A stretch of DNA of 64,000 bases, from contig OY759316.1 of NCBI GenBank assembly GCA_963662275.1, positions 4,000,001-4,064,000 of the forward strand, in the 5' to 3' direction. This document shows positions 1 through 10,831 of the stretch, one piece after another. Under the pieces are notes generated by a model, which was given only the letters and a program-made list of their open reading frames with translations, had not been told where the DNA came from and searched no databases. Each line of letters starts with the position of its first letter. The stretch's first letter is position 1. A program made the position numbers and the translations under genes. This stretch comes from Candidatus Cloacimonadales bacterium. GTDB lineage: Bacteria > Cloacimonadota > Cloacimonadia > Cloacimonadales > DAONDQ01.

Positions 1-721
1 CCTGTAATGCTGCATAAACCCCTTCAGGTTTTGTACCAAAATCAATATTAAGGTCACCGGTATTGATTTTTTTTGCAGCTTCTGAAACCATATCAGGGTC
101 ACCACCAATTGTTTTTTGGATTAAACGGACAATGAACATGGAGATCGCCACTGCCAGTGTAAATGCAGCCAGTAGAATGAAGATCATATTCGTACGGGTG
201 GATGTGGTAAAAGAATTCGTCTTTTTTATACTCATTTCTGTAAGAGTTTTTTGTCTTTCGACAAAGCTCTCCACCAAAGCTTGCATTTTTGTAGTTTCCT
301 GCTTCAGCGAAGCTATGGAGGACACACTTTTCCAATCTTCAGTACTAGAAAGGATAATCTGCAAGTAATTCCATTCAGCAGCTAATCTACTATAAATTTC
401 CTTGCTCTGTTCATCAGCAATAGAGCGATCAATCATCCCCATAGATGATACAATGCTCTGTTTGGCATTGTTAAGGAGTTTGACTGCTGAAGGATCATCG
501 TGATTATTCAATACTTCCAGGGCATAATTTATCTTCAGAAGATTTGTCAGTATCAATTCCCCTTGAGCGCTAGTCATGGACTGAGTGCGAACATTACCGG
601 AGATTTCCTTATCCACTTTATTCATGGAAAAGATACCAAAAAAGGCAATAAACAAGCCCAAGCTAATCATGAACATAAAACTGTAAATCAAGGTGCTACG
701 TAATTTTTGTCTCATAATCAT
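1..721 (-). CDS. Methyl-accepting chemotaxis protein, N-terminal part (runs off the window start)
   Basis: Not in the ORF track; translated by hand. AAGGAG RBS, then MIMRQKLRSTLIYSF..., TM1, a periplasmic helical region, TM2 (IFILLAAFTLAVAISMFIV) and the MCP/HAMP-type IGGDPDMVSEAAKKINTGDL. Frame is open to the window edge. Confidence 0.75.
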   Translation of the reverse strand, partial: MIMRQKLRSTLIYSFMFMISLGLFIAFFGIFSMNKVDKEISGNVRTQSMTSAQGELILTNLLKINYALEVLNNHDDPSAVKLLNNAKQSIVSSMGMIDRSIADEQSKEIYSRLAAEWNYLQIILSSTEDWKSVSSIASLKQETTKMQALVESFVERQKTLTEMSIKKTNSFTTSTRTNMIFILLAAFTLAVAISMFIVRLIQKTIGGDPDMVSEAAKKINTGDLNIDFGTKPEGVYAALQ

Positions 722-1051
722 ACTCCTTTATAGAAGTTAATCATTTTTATTGTAAACAGCTAATTGATTGTTTGTCAATTACTTTATTTATCGATATTCT
801 CTTCAATTCAAACCGTCGAATTATCCTCTATTCATATAGTTGGTTAACATCAAAGTCTTGAATTGTTTATCATCAAGCATTTAAGATATTCCAGCTTTTG
901 AACCCTACTTGGATTTATTTTACTTGGACACTGATACCAGTTATACCATATAATCCGATATACTCTGTTTTCCAGTTTATCATACTATGAATCTGCTCTT
1001 AAATACGCATTTGAAATTGAGACTCTGTGGAAAAAAGTAGCTAAGGATTTT

Positions 1052-1369
1052 GGAGTTCAAATGCCCTAAACAAATTTTCATTGAATACTTAACTAAAAGG
1101 GCAAATGGACTTTACATGAAAGCTGAGGATTTGGAGTTCAATTTCCCAAGCATAACTATCATTTACTACCTGGCTAAAAGGGAAATTGGACTTCAAACCG
1201 ATCTTTCATCATCGGTAGCGAAAACTCGTTTTCAGGGATGTTCAGTATTCCGATTACCTAAACAATAGATTTTTATCACTTTAAATTGGTTTATTTTCGC
1301 TAGTGCCAAAGTCCGCAATTCCTATAAATCGGTAATTGTATGGTTATTTTCTTTGGAATTTTGAACTCC
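1052..1369. repeat. Three copies of a ~61-nt hairpin repeat (1052-1112 +, 1133-1194 +, 1309-1369 -)
   Basis: GGAGTTCAA...GGACTT ends with complementary inner stems; further copies at 32304, 32402 and 46805. Confidence 0.75.
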
Positions 1370-1469
1370 GGCATACTTTTCTATAACCTTGACGCATGAG
1401 TGCCCTGTATTTATCAGGAAAAAGATAAGGAAAAATCACCAAAACATCAACCAGCCATTATCGAAATAA

Positions 1470-1524
1470 GTCTCGGTAATGTCTCGGTCATCTCTCGGTC
1501 ATCTCTCGGTTATGTCTGGGTTAT
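1470..1524. repeat. 11-bp tandem repeat, 5 units
   Basis: gtctcggtaat gtctcggtcat ctctcggtcat ctctcggttat gtctgggttat. Confidence 0.85.
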
Positions 1525-1580
1525 TATATAGGTGACAATAGAGTGAAAAAGAAGGAACTCTGTAACGTTCTTTTCAAACT

Positions 1581-2246
1581 CTAATTATCTCCGAATACAC
1601 CAACTTTTTCAGCAATGATTAGTTGAGGTTCAGTCAATTTTATTACATCTGCTATGGTTGTATCTTCTGCAATTTCCAATAGAACAAGACCTTTGGAAGT
1701 CACTTCCATAACTGCGATATCTGTCACGATCAGGCTGACTTTCCCTTTAGCCGTGAGAGGCAAAGTACATTGATTCAATATTTTGGAATTACCGTTCTTA
1801 TCGCAATGTTCCATGGCAACGATGACTTTTCGGGCACCTGTGACAAGATCCATCGCACCGCCCATACCGGGAATGAGCTTACCGGGAATCATCCAGTTTG
1901 CTAAATTTCCATGCTGGTCAACCTGGAGAGCACCAAGAACAGTGACATCGATATGTCCACCTCGGATAATTCCAAAGCTTATACAGGAATCGAAATAGCA
2001 GGCACCTGGATTGGCAGTCACAAAACCACCACCGGCATTGGTGAGATTCTTATCTTCGGTTCCGGGAGCAGGAGCAGGTCCGACACCCATCATACCGTTT
2101 TCACTTTGGAAATATACTGTCACACCATCCGGGATATGATTGGCTGCTTCTGTTGGCAGTCCGATACCAAGATTAACATAATCACCATCATGTAATTCAC
2201 GAGCAATGCGTTTTCCAATAATTCGTTTCTTATAATCTTTATCCAT
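1581..2246 (-). CDS. atoA: Acetate/3-oxoacid CoA-transferase subunit B
   Basis: YVNLGIGLPT, catalytic SENG, IRGGHIDVTVLGALQVD, GMGGAMDL motifs. Confidence 0.93.
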   Translation of the reverse strand: MDKDYKKRIIGKRIARELHDGDYVNLGIGLPTEAANHIPDGVTVYFQSENGMMGVGPAPAPGTEDKNLTNAGGGFVTANPGACYFDSCISFGIIRGGHIDVTVLGALQVDQHGNLANWMIPGKLIPGMGGAMDLVTGARKVIVAMEHCDKNGNSKILNQCTLPLTAKGKVSLIVTDIAVMEVTSKGLVLLEIAEDTTIADVIKLTEPQLIIAEKVGVFGDN

Positions 2247-2249
2247 GAT

Positions 2250-2903
2250 CTACTCCTCGTGCTTCACAATATAATTCACAAATACACCTGGTGTGATGAT
2301 GCACTCAGGGTCTAATTCACCAACTTCAACAATCTCATCAGCTTCTACAATCGTTTGTTTCGCAGCAGATGCCATGATTGGATTACAGTTACGCGCAGTT
2401 TTGCTATAAATCAGGTTGCCCATTTTATCTGCCTTTGCAGCTCTGATGAAGGCAAAGTCAGCTTCAATCGGCTCTTCAAGAATATATTCCTTATCGTTGA
2501 TCATCATGATCTGTTTGCCATCCTGGACAACTGTCCCCAAGCCAGTTGGTGTAAGAAATCCGCCGATTCCAGCTCCGGCAGCGCGGATACGCTCCATTAA
2601 AGTTCCCTGTGGAACAAGCTCTATTTGCATTTCACCAATATTCATCTGGTTCTGGATTTCCTTGTTCGTTCCCATGTGGGATACCTGGGCAGATTTGACC
2701 TGGTGATTCACCACCAACTTACCTAGTCCGCGTGTTTCATAATCAGAGGCAATGGCGATGAGATGAAGATCTTTCGTTCCCTGGGCAACGAGGGCATCGA
2801 TGAGATTCTCTGCAGCACCGACCGCCAGGAATCCGCCCAGCATTAGGCGATCACCCTGTCTTACCATCATAGCTGCTTCTTTGGCAGTAATTACTTGAGG
2901 CAT
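2250..2903 (-). CDS. atoD: Acetate/3-oxoacid CoA-transferase subunit A
   Basis: MLGGF, PQGTLMERIRAAGAGIGGFLTPTGLGT, KTARNCNP motifs; adjacent to the B subunit. Confidence 0.93.
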   Translation of the reverse strand: MPQVITAKEAAMMVRQGDRLMLGGFLAVGAAENLIDALVAQGTKDLHLIAIASDYETRGLGKLVVNHQVKSAQVSHMGTNKEIQNQMNIGEMQIELVPQGTLMERIRAAGAGIGGFLTPTGLGTVVQDGKQIMMINDKEYILEEPIEADFAFIRAAKADKMGNLIYSKTARNCNPIMASAAKQTIVEADEIVEVGELDPECIITPGVFVNYIVKHEE

Positions 2904-2985
2904 TTTATCTCCCTATCGGAATAATATTATGATTGAAAGCTCAGAAAATCTGCTGGAAGCGTCAACGAAAATATTTATATTGTAA

Positions 2986-3068
2986 TGTAGGGGTCCGCGT
3001 CAGCAGACCCGCTCCGTTTATCTCTTCACTTGCATTTAACGACGGGTCTGCTGACGCGGACCCCTACA
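2986..3068. repeat. GTAG-type REP-like inverted doublet (26-bp perfect inverted repeat)
   Basis: tgtaggggtccgcgtcagcagacccg (2986-3011) and its exact reverse complement (3043-3068); the right arm contains the comEC stop codon. Confidence 0.85.
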
Positions 3069-5451
3069 ATTTCATCTGGAATTCCTTTCTATCTTTCCAA
3101 GTCTTAATTTCCAGATAGTCATCATGAATATCCATTTGAATTGCTCCATTCTCTCCTGTTACAAACACTTTGCTTCCCATTCTATGGTAAGTATCAACTG
3201 TCTTTTGATTGGGAAAGTGAAAGCGGTTATGCAAGGATGCATTAATCACTGCAATTTTAGGATGTATTTTAGAGAGGAAATCCCGATTACCAGAAGTCTT
3301 ACTGCCATGGTGCGGGACTTTCATGAAAGTGAATCCTTGTTTTGATAGAAATTCGTCTTCTGTGATATAGGCTTCAGCATCTTCTTCTACATCGCCTGTA
3401 AAAAGCCCTTTGAATTTACCATGTTCAATAGACATGACCATTGCTTCATTATTAAGATTCTCATTTTCGTAATTTCTATCAGGATGCAGGATATGAATCC
3501 GGAAATCATCAATACAAAAAGAGAGAGTATCAGCAAGAATACGAACATGACAATTCTTCTTGGAAGCTAATAAGCGAATTACATTCTTTCCTTCCGGGTC
3601 TTCCAGAAAATGACGGTTCACAATAACGGAATCAATAATCAAATCCTGTGCCAGGTAAGAAACACCTCCCGTATGGTCTAGATGCGGGTGTGAGAGAAAA
3701 AGATATTTCAGATGATGTATTCCTCTGTTTTGCAGATAAGGCAGCACAGAATAAGCGATTTGGGGCTTTAAACCGCTAATTGGACCTGTATCAATGAGAA
3801 CGTTGCACGTAGTTGTTTGAATCAGAGTGCAATCTCCAATTCCGACATCAAAGCAGATAATGCGAGGATTGGATAAGACAGGATGTCTGAATAAAATGAT
3901 AGGTAAAATGAGAAATATAAGAAAAACACAGAATATCTGTTTTTTTCTTTTCAACATCGGTTGGAAAAGGAATATGGATAGAATCAAGACAGAGATTCCA
4001 AGAGTAAATTGCCAAGTTGGGAAATAGAGATAATTCCAGAAAAAGGGCAATTGCCCAGAGTAGTCAGCCCAATGGGAGAACCAGTCATAAAGAAGTGTAT
4101 AGGAATTATGGAAAGGAATCCAGAGAGGAGTGGACAATATCAGAATCAGCATCGCCAAAGGCATTAATGCAGCGATCAATGGTATTCCAATTACATTGCC
4201 GATAATTCCATTCATTCCGAACTGATGAAAATAAAAGAGAGTTAAAGGTATTAGGTAAAGACTTATGAGGATAGATATTATCATCACATCTGTGACCTTG
4301 AACAGGCTTTTATTCCATGAAGCCAAGTTCTCTTTCGCATATCTGAGCGAGAAGGAGAGTTTTGGAAATACCAGCATGAGCACAACAATACAAGCGTATG
4401 ACAATTGAAGTCCGATGGATAATATCTGGGTTGGGTCAATAACTCCAATGATTAGCAGACTAGCTCCAATGAGTTGCAAACCACCAATCCTTCTCTCGAA
4501 GATACCTGCTATCAGGAAGAGATCAATCATCACAACTGCACGAATCACAGAGGGTGTCCAACTGCATAATCCTGCATAGAAGATCATAACAAACAGCAGC
4601 ACGATGCGTACGGGTAGTCTTGGAAGAAACAGATTCAATATTGTGAAGAGAATACCATAAATAAGTAGGATATTCATACCGCTAATCGCAATCAAATGCA
4701 ATAAACCACCACGAGTCAGCACTTGTGTTTGTTCTTTCAAATCAATTCTTTCTCCGAATAATAGAGCTTTTACGAATGGTGCTTGTTCTGTAAAACGGTT
4801 ATCGATCTGTCTAAAAAGGATAATACGGGTCTTAAGCAAAACGTCATTCAGGGAAAAAGAGTCAGTTCCTATCTTGTTAATTTTACTTAGAGGAATGCCG
4901 GTACCATATATTTTTCGATTCAGCAGGTATTCCCGATAATCAAACATAGCAGGATTTGACATAGGTTCCAGAAATTGAATTCGTAACAGGGCTTGAATCC
5001 TGTCCTTGTAAGAGAGAGTATCTTTCAAGGTAAACAGGATAATGTTACCAGTGATAGGATACTTCATTAGTTTTTTAAGCTTCAATGTATACTGAAAGCC
5101 ATTTGAGGTCTTTCTTCCTTCTGTCATGATAATGCCGGTAAAAGTATTCTGAATTGGATCTCGCTCATCCAGCAATGAAGAAAGATGATTCGCCGGAAAG
5201 GAAGCCAGGGTTTGGCTTCTTAGGTAGCCAAGGTTTCCAATCAATAAAAGTAATAACAACACTCTCATTAGTTTGAACATTTTTAATTGTGGAATAACAT
5301 GACATAGTAGAGAAGCAATGGATAAAAGTACAGATATGAAGACAACAATATAATGATATGAAGGGAACTTGTCAGCAAGCAGAATACCGGTAATAAATGC
5401 CAAAGAAGGCAAAAATAATGGTGCTGGTAATGATGGACCCCTTTTATCCAT
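3064..5451 (-). CDS. comEC: DNA internalization competence protein ComEC/Rec2
   Basis: Membrane competence domain (HLIAISGMNI, PSVIRA) plus C-terminal MBL domain (DVGIGD, SHPHLDH, KVPHHGS). ATG at 5451 has an AGGAAGG RBS; alternative TTG start at 5472. Confidence 0.92.
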   Translation of the reverse strand: MDKRGPSLPAPLFLPSLAFITGILLADKFPSYHYIVVFISVLLSIASLLCHVIPQLKMFKLMRVLLLLLLIGNLGYLRSQTLASFPANHLSSLLDERDPIQNTFTGIIMTEGRKTSNGFQYTLKLKKLMKYPITGNIILFTLKDTLSYKDRIQALLRIQFLEPMSNPAMFDYREYLLNRKIYGTGIPLSKINKIGTDSFSLNDVLLKTRIILFRQIDNRFTEQAPFVKALLFGERIDLKEQTQVLTRGGLLHLIAISGMNILLIYGILFTILNLFLPRLPVRIVLLFVMIFYAGLCSWTPSVIRAVVMIDLFLIAGIFERRIGGLQLIGASLLIIGVIDPTQILSIGLQLSYACIVVLMLVFPKLSFSLRYAKENLASWNKSLFKVTDVMIISILISLYLIPLTLFYFHQFGMNGIIGNVIGIPLIAALMPLAMLILILSTPLWIPFHNSYTLLYDWFSHWADYSGQLPFFWNYLYFPTWQFTLGISVLILSIFLFQPMLKRKKQIFCVFLIFLILPIILFRHPVLSNPRIICFDVGIGDCTLIQTTTCNVLIDTGPISGLKPQIAYSVLPYLQNRGIHHLKYLFLSHPHLDHTGGVSYLAQDLIIDSVIVNRHFLEDPEGKNVIRLLASKKNCHVRILADTLSFCIDDFRIHILHPDRNYENENLNNEAMVMSIEHGKFKGLFTGDVEEDAEAYITEDEFLSKQGFTFMKVPHHGSKTSGNRDFLSKIHPKIAVINASLHNRFHFPNQKTVDTYHRMGSKVFVTGENGAIQMDIHDDYLEIKTWKDRKEFQMKL

Positions 5452-5480
5452 AGAATAAGCCTTCCTACTCAATTTGTTAC

Positions 5481-6623
5481 TTAATGATATTTCTCCATGA
5501 TCTTTGTATAGATTTCCTGATTTGTATTCAGTATCGTTTCCAAATCAGGATGACAGATGTTATCAGCAGAATTTACTGCTTCATCTACAATAGAATAAAT
5601 TCGGGTATAGGGTATCATTTCCATCAAAAACAACTTCCCGGCTGCTTCATTTGCTGCATTCATGATCGTTGGAAGCAATCCACCCTTTCTCCCTACTTCA
5701 CAGGCTAAATAAAATAAAGGATACCTCTCTTTGGGTATTGGTTCAAAAGTCAGATGAGGAAGTTCCAAGAGGTTTGTTTGTACGTTTCCGGATTCAATTC
5801 TGTTGGGATAAGAGAGTGCATAAAGAATTGGAAGTTGCATAGAAGGGACACTCATCTGCGCTAAGATTGAACCATCACAGAACTCCACCATGGAATGGAT
5901 AATAGATTGCGGATGAATGATGGCATCGATCTGATCATAATTCGCATGGAAAAGCCAGTAGGCTTCAATCACTTCAAGACCTTTATTCATCATGGTAGCA
6001 GAATCAATAGTTACTTTTGATCCCATGTTCCAAGTAGGATGCTGTAGTGCATCCTGGAGAGTAATCTTATCAAATTCATCAAGAGGCAGTGAACGGAATG
6101 GTCCTCCGGAAGCAGTAAGATGAATTGCTCTGATCTCACTTGATGGATATGAACCAATACACTGGAAAACAGCGCTATGTTCACTATCAACCGGAATAAT
6201 ACGGCTATTTGAGACCTTTAGTATATCTTGAACCAAATGACCACTCATCACCATGGATTCTTTATTGGCAAGAGCAAGGTCAGCGCCTTTAATCAATGTG
6301 GAAATCGTTGTCTGCAAACCAGCGCTGCCACAAATAGCATTCAGAACTATATCATAATCCAAGTCTTCCAGTAATCGCAATAGCTCTACTTCCCCATGAT
6401 AAACAATCGTCGTGTCTGGAAATTCGATTGGTTGGGTTTGTTCATTAGTAAGAACGACGTAGGGAATTTGAAATTCATTTGCCAAGGAAGCCAATTTATG
6501 GGATTGTGAATGAGCAGAGGCAAGAACGATCTGAAAGTCATTCCTATGGGCACGGATGATTTGAACGGCAGAATCGCCTATCGAACCTGTGATTCCCAAG
6601 ATAACAACTTTCTTCATTTTCAT
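5481..6623 (-). CDS. dxr: 1-deoxy-D-xylulose-5-phosphate reductoisomerase
   Basis: ILGITGSIG, LANKES, PVDSEHSA, LTASGGPFR, HPTWNMG, TIDSATMMNKGLE. Start at 6623 overlaps the upstream TAA (TAATG). Confidence 0.97.
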   Translation of the reverse strand: MKMKKVVILGITGSIGDSAVQIIRAHRNDFQIVLASAHSQSHKLASLANEFQIPYVVLTNEQTQPIEFPDTTIVYHGEVELLRLLEDLDYDIVLNAICGSAGLQTTISTLIKGADLALANKESMVMSGHLVQDILKVSNSRIIPVDSEHSAVFQCIGSYPSSEIRAIHLTASGGPFRSLPLDEFDKITLQDALQHPTWNMGSKVTIDSATMMNKGLEVIEAYWLFHANYDQIDAIIHPQSIIHSMVEFCDGSILAQMSVPSMQLPILYALSYPNRIESGNVQTNLLELPHLTFEPIPKERYPLFYLACEVGRKGGLLPTIMNAANEAAGKLFLMEMIPYTRIYSIVDEAVNSADNICHPDLETILNTNQEIYTKIMEKYH

Positions 6624-7597
6624 TAGAATTGAATACCAAGCGATATGCGTTGGCAACTTTGCAGATCGGTTTTAGGTTCTTGCTTGTATGCATATTGAAA
6701 GGATAGAATGCGATAAGTGATACTCATACCGGCAGTCAAGTTTCCAACATCATATCCTGCTAACAATTTAATACTGGAGATGGGTTGAATTTCAAGTCCA
6801 GCGTGATAATCCATACTGAAAAGTCCAAATGAAGTAGTTGCCATCTGCTTCCTGCCTTCTGACAAGATTTCAGCTCTCAAATAAGTTTTGATAGGTATTT
6901 TTGCTTTAGTAATCTTCATCCCAAACTGCGTCTCAATATCTAAAGAAGGATTGACAACCTCATGAGTTCCATTTTGCCAGAATACTTGTGTTGAAAAGAA
7001 ATCTGCAAAACGCGCTCCCATTGACCAACTATTACTGATTTGGAAATAACCGCCCAAATCAGCACCAAATCCATAACCACTATGTTCTGCTAAAGACCTG
7101 TAAGCAATCTTTGGTGTCATTCCGATAGAAAGCCTGGAATTGATTTCCCTGCCAAAACCAATATAGGCTATATAGTCACTATTGGAAATGGTTTTATAAG
7201 TAACCGGCTGATTGTCAACGCTTGGAGGAAGACTATCATTCTCCAGCCTGGTTAGGGGAATATTGGTATTCCCTATCCGAGTAATAACAAAGGCAATTCG
7301 ATTGGTTTTATTGAGAATACCGGAGAATGTATCATATCTCACGATACCTCCGAATTCTTCCGCATGCATCACTTCAAAGGAATTGTCATGATGATAATTT
7401 AATAGCGCTGCGTTCCAATAAGCTGCTGATGTTCCCTGGATATCAGTAATCCCTGTGGAACCTTTGGCAAAGTTATTGACTCCTGCCCCCATTTTGAATA
7501 TCTCCCCTGCATATTTATCAGCATGCAAGCTGACATTCAGGATTAACATCAGACCAATAACCAAAGCTATAGTATTTAAATTCGTGTTACACTTCAT
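6623..7597 (-). CDS. Outer-membrane beta-barrel protein, PorV/PorQ (UPF0164)-like
   Basis: Signal peptide, AAYWNAA motif, alternating beta-strands, C-terminal ISLGIQF. Confidence 0.65.
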   Translation of the reverse strand: MKCNTNLNTIALVIGLMLILNVSLHADKYAGEIFKMGAGVNNFAKGSTGITDIQGTSAAYWNAALLNYHHDNSFEVMHAEEFGGIVRYDTFSGILNKTNRIAFVITRIGNTNIPLTRLENDSLPPSVDNQPVTYKTISNSDYIAYIGFGREINSRLSIGMTPKIAYRSLAEHSGYGFGADLGGYFQISNSWSMGARFADFFSTQVFWQNGTHEVVNPSLDIETQFGMKITKAKIPIKTYLRAEILSEGRKQMATTSFGLFSMDYHAGLEIQPISSIKLLAGYDVGNLTAGMSITYRILSFQYAYKQEPKTDLQSCQRISLGIQF

Positions 7598-7606
7598 TAA
7601 CCTATC

Positions 7607-9784
7607 CTAAAATGAGTCTATCTTAACAAAGCTGCCAATGATCTTCTTCAGATTGCCATTAGCAAATGAAACTGTCAAGTGAGCATCATTTCCCCGTCCT
7701 TCAACGCTAAGAATGACACCTTTCCCATATTCATCATGAAATATCTTTTGACCAATCCTGAATAGCTTTTCACTTTCCAGAATAACAGGCTTCCGTTCTT
7801 TATCCGGTGAAGAAGGTTGTCTGATAGCATAAAATGATTGCATATCTCTTTCCAAAAGTTCTGCATCCACCTCTTTTAAAAACTGACTAGGTAATGTTCT
7901 ATTCATTGTATCATAAGTTCTACGCCATTTTGCCAGACTTAAATAGATCACTTTCTTTGCTCTGGTTATGGCAACATATAACAGACGTCTCTCCTCTTCG
8001 ATTTGTTCTTCACTATCCATAGACATTTGATGAGGCAGAAGTCCCTGCTCCAGTCCAACAATGAAGACATATCCAAACTCCAAGCCTTTCGCATTGTGCA
8101 TAGTCATTAATTTTACAGAGTCAACATCTTCGTTCATACGGTCAATATCACTCTGTAAAGATACTAACGATAAATAATCATGTAATATTGGTTCCCTATC
8201 ATGATCTGAAATGAATTTTTCCATAAATTCCTCAGCAGCAGCCACAAATTCAGAGAGATTTTCAGCTCTAGAATAATCTTTTGGATCTTTGCTATTCTCG
8301 AAAAGCGCAATCCAATCCAGTTCATCCAAGATGGCTTTAATCAAAATCGTCACATTCTCATGGGAAGCCATGATTTGCCATTTCTGTAATTGCTGATGAA
8401 AAGTATCTATCTTTTGCATCGTCCCTTTATTAAGAGAATTAATTCCGCGTACTTTTCCTAAGGTTTCAAATAATGTTATTCGGTGTCTTACTGAAAAGTC
8501 AATGAGCTTAGCTATTGTTGTATTTCCAATACCTCTACCTGGGTTATTGATGATACGCAACAGATTTTCAGTATCACTAGGATTGTTGAGAACACGTAAG
8601 TACCCCAAGATATCTTTGATCTCTTTGCGTTGGTAGAAGTTGACCCCACCGACGATTTGATAAGGTATCTTTTCTTGGATAAAAGTGCTTTCAAAAACAC
8701 GGGATTGCGCATTTGTGCGATAGAGAACTACGCAATCCGCTAACTTGGTTTGATTATTCCAAACTATTTCATGGATATGTTCTGCTACCGTTTGGGCTTC
8801 TTCATTTTCATTTTCAACGATATGTAACGAAGGTTTTTCCCCACTTCCTTGATGCGTCCATAATTCTTTCTGATGTCGAGTACGATTATATCTAATCAAA
8901 GAGTTAGCCAAATCAAGAATTGCAGTCGTGGAACGATAATTTTCTTCCAATCGTATGACGGTTACTTTCTGATAATTCTTTTCAAAATCAAGTATATTAT
9001 GAATATTAGCACCACGCCAGCTATAAATTGCCTGGTCATCATCTCCCACAACACACAAATTGCCATGACGTCCTGCAAAAAGATCAACGATCTTAAACTG
9101 AGCATAATTAGTATCCTGGTATTCATCTATCATGACATACTGGAAAAGCTTTTCATATTTTATCCGAACTTCCTCGTGAGTCTCCAATAACTTAACAGTA
9201 TAGAGCAATAGATCATCAAAATCAAGAGCCTGGTATTGCTGTAATGCTTGCTGATAGGCAGTATAGATTTGCAGAAAAAGTTTAGCGAAGGGACTACCCT
9301 GTTCTGTCTCTCGTATATCTTCCGGTAATAAAAGCTGATCTTTTCGTTTACCAATGATATCGAGCATCTTTCCCACGGGGAAAAGAGAATTATCGATATT
9401 CAATTGTTTATAGATTTTTTTGAGAAGACCTTTCTGATCATCTGTATCATAGATTGTGAAGTTTGATGGGAATGAAAGATACTTTGCTTCTTCCCTGAGA
9501 ATACGAACACAAATCGAATGAAATGTACCTACCCAGAGGTCATAAGGTCTGATATTGAAATTCTCCCAAAGTCTTTGTTTTAATTCCTGGGCTGCCTTAT
9601 TTGTAAATGTGACAATCAGAATATGAAACGGTGGTATTTTCTTTTCCCTGATGAGATATGCTGTTCGAAAAATGACGGATCGGGTTTTACCGCTGCCTGC
9701 TCCGGCAAGGACAAGAACGGGACCTTCTGTGGTCGTTACTACTTTCTGCTGCTGTTCATTCAAATCAATGAGAAGATCAACCAT
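7607..9784 (-). CDS. pcrA: ATP-dependent DNA helicase PcrA/UvrD
   Basis: LAGAGSGKT, TFTNKAA, DEYQDTN, VGDDDQAIYSWRGA, LEENYRST, TMHNAKGLEF, EERRLLYVAITRA. Start at MVDLL is more likely than the ORF-track start, which overlaps the upstream gene. Confidence 0.95.
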   Translation of the reverse strand: MVDLLIDLNEQQQKVVTTTEGPVLVLAGAGSGKTRSVIFRTAYLIREKKIPPFHILIVTFTNKAAQELKQRLWENFNIRPYDLWVGTFHSICVRILREEAKYLSFPSNFTIYDTDDQKGLLKKIYKQLNIDNSLFPVGKMLDIIGKRKDQLLLPEDIRETEQGSPFAKLFLQIYTAYQQALQQYQALDFDDLLLYTVKLLETHEEVRIKYEKLFQYVMIDEYQDTNYAQFKIVDLFAGRHGNLCVVGDDDQAIYSWRGANIHNILDFEKNYQKVTVIRLEENYRSTTAILDLANSLIRYNRTRHQKELWTHQGSGEKPSLHIVENENEEAQTVAEHIHEIVWNNQTKLADCVVLYRTNAQSRVFESTFIQEKIPYQIVGGVNFYQRKEIKDILGYLRVLNNPSDTENLLRIINNPGRGIGNTTIAKLIDFSVRHRITLFETLGKVRGINSLNKGTMQKIDTFHQQLQKWQIMASHENVTILIKAILDELDWIALFENSKDPKDYSRAENLSEFVAAAEEFMEKFISDHDREPILHDYLSLVSLQSDIDRMNEDVDSVKLMTMHNAKGLEFGYVFIVGLEQGLLPHQMSMDSEEQIEEERRLLYVAITRAKKVIYLSLAKWRRTYDTMNRTLPSQFLKEVDAELLERDMQSFYAIRQPSSPDKERKPVILESEKLFRIGQKIFHDEYGKGVILSVEGRGNDAHLTVSFANGNLKKIIGSFVKIDSF

Positions 9785-9791
9785 TGATATC

Positions 9792-10235
9792 CTATTGCGG
9801 AACACTTGTTTGAGCGTAGGGTGAGATATGACCTTCCAGGATTTTAGGTGGATTTCCATGCTTTTTGTAAGCTGAAATTTTGTAGTAATAATAACCGGGA
9901 ACAATACTATTATCTGCCCAGATTACGGAGAGTGCCGCTAATGAGTCAGTTGAATTTGGAGTATTGATATAATCCTCTATTCTTTGAAATGTACCGTTAT
10001 ATGATTGTCCACGGTAAACATAATAGCCATCGGCATTCTCAATAGGCAGCTTATCCCATTTTAATTGAACCCAATAATTTGTCGCATGTGCAGGTGAATG
10101 AGAAATAAGAATATTGGTGATATCATTGGGTACCGTGATATCCTGAGCATTAGGATCTAATGGATTAGTTCTTTTTAAAGAACATCCTATGAGGAATATC
10201 ACCACTATCAGTGCTGCAAACAGAAATTTCTTCAT
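9792..10235 (-). CDS. Lipoprotein with FN3-like domain
   Basis: Lipobox LIGC, NPLDP, LKW...GYYVYRG...YYYKISAY pattern. Confidence 0.7.
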   Translation of the reverse strand: MKKFLFAALIVVIFLIGCSLKRTNPLDPNAQDITVPNDITNILISHSPAHATNYWVQLKWDKLPIENADGYYVYRGQSYNGTFQRIEDYINTPNSTDSLAALSVIWADNSIVPGYYYYKISAYKKHGNPPKILEGHISPYAQTSVPQ

Positions 10236-10819
10236 TAGAATTTAACCTCAACACCGTTTGGTGTCAATGAAACACTACCATGAGAAGATTCTTTCACCGT
10301 CTTCATCCAAACTCGAGTGTTATAATCTTCCGTAGCCTGAGATGTATCAAAAATATTATAGACCCAAACTAGTCCAAACAGACCCATAAGGGCAATTGAA
10401 TATTGATATGGTGAAAGAGCATCGTTATAGTTATTTTCAATCGCATCAACTTGGGTTGCATTTTCATAATTCCTATACTTTTCCATAGCTTTATCATAAA
10501 GAAAAAGACTGCTGCCTAAAAGTAGTATTTCTGCCCCCAAAAAAACCTGTCCTTTTGTATAGTCGTGTACGGAAAAATGCCCCCATCCAGGAACAATTGC
10601 CGATTTAATCATATTCCCTGGAATCGATTGTGCCTTCATTTCATATAGTTGCAGCAACTTCTGTCTATCATATAGATCCTGTCTGAACTCTTTCCTTTCA
10701 TCATAGTTCATCCATCCATAACGAGCTGGGTTGGAAAATTTATTAATATCAAATGCTTCGGCAGCAAAAACCAGCTTGATTGCAAATACTAACAGGAGAA
10801 AAACATAGATTTTTTTCAC
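10235..10819 (-). CDS. Hypothetical membrane/secreted protein (DUF5683-like)
   Basis: Signal peptide, KSAIVPGWGHF motif, two hydrophobic segments; translationally coupled to the next gene. Confidence 0.6.
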   Translation of the reverse strand: MKKIYVFLLLVFAIKLVFAAEAFDINKFSNPARYGWMNYDERKEFRQDLYDRQKLLQLYEMKAQSIPGNMIKSAIVPGWGHFSVHDYTKGQVFLGAEILLLGSSLFLYDKAMEKYRNYENATQVDAIENNYNDALSPYQYSIALMGLFGLVWVYNIFDTSQATEDYNTRVWMKTVKESSHGSVSLTPNGVEVKF

Positions 10820-10831
10820 TATACCTACCTA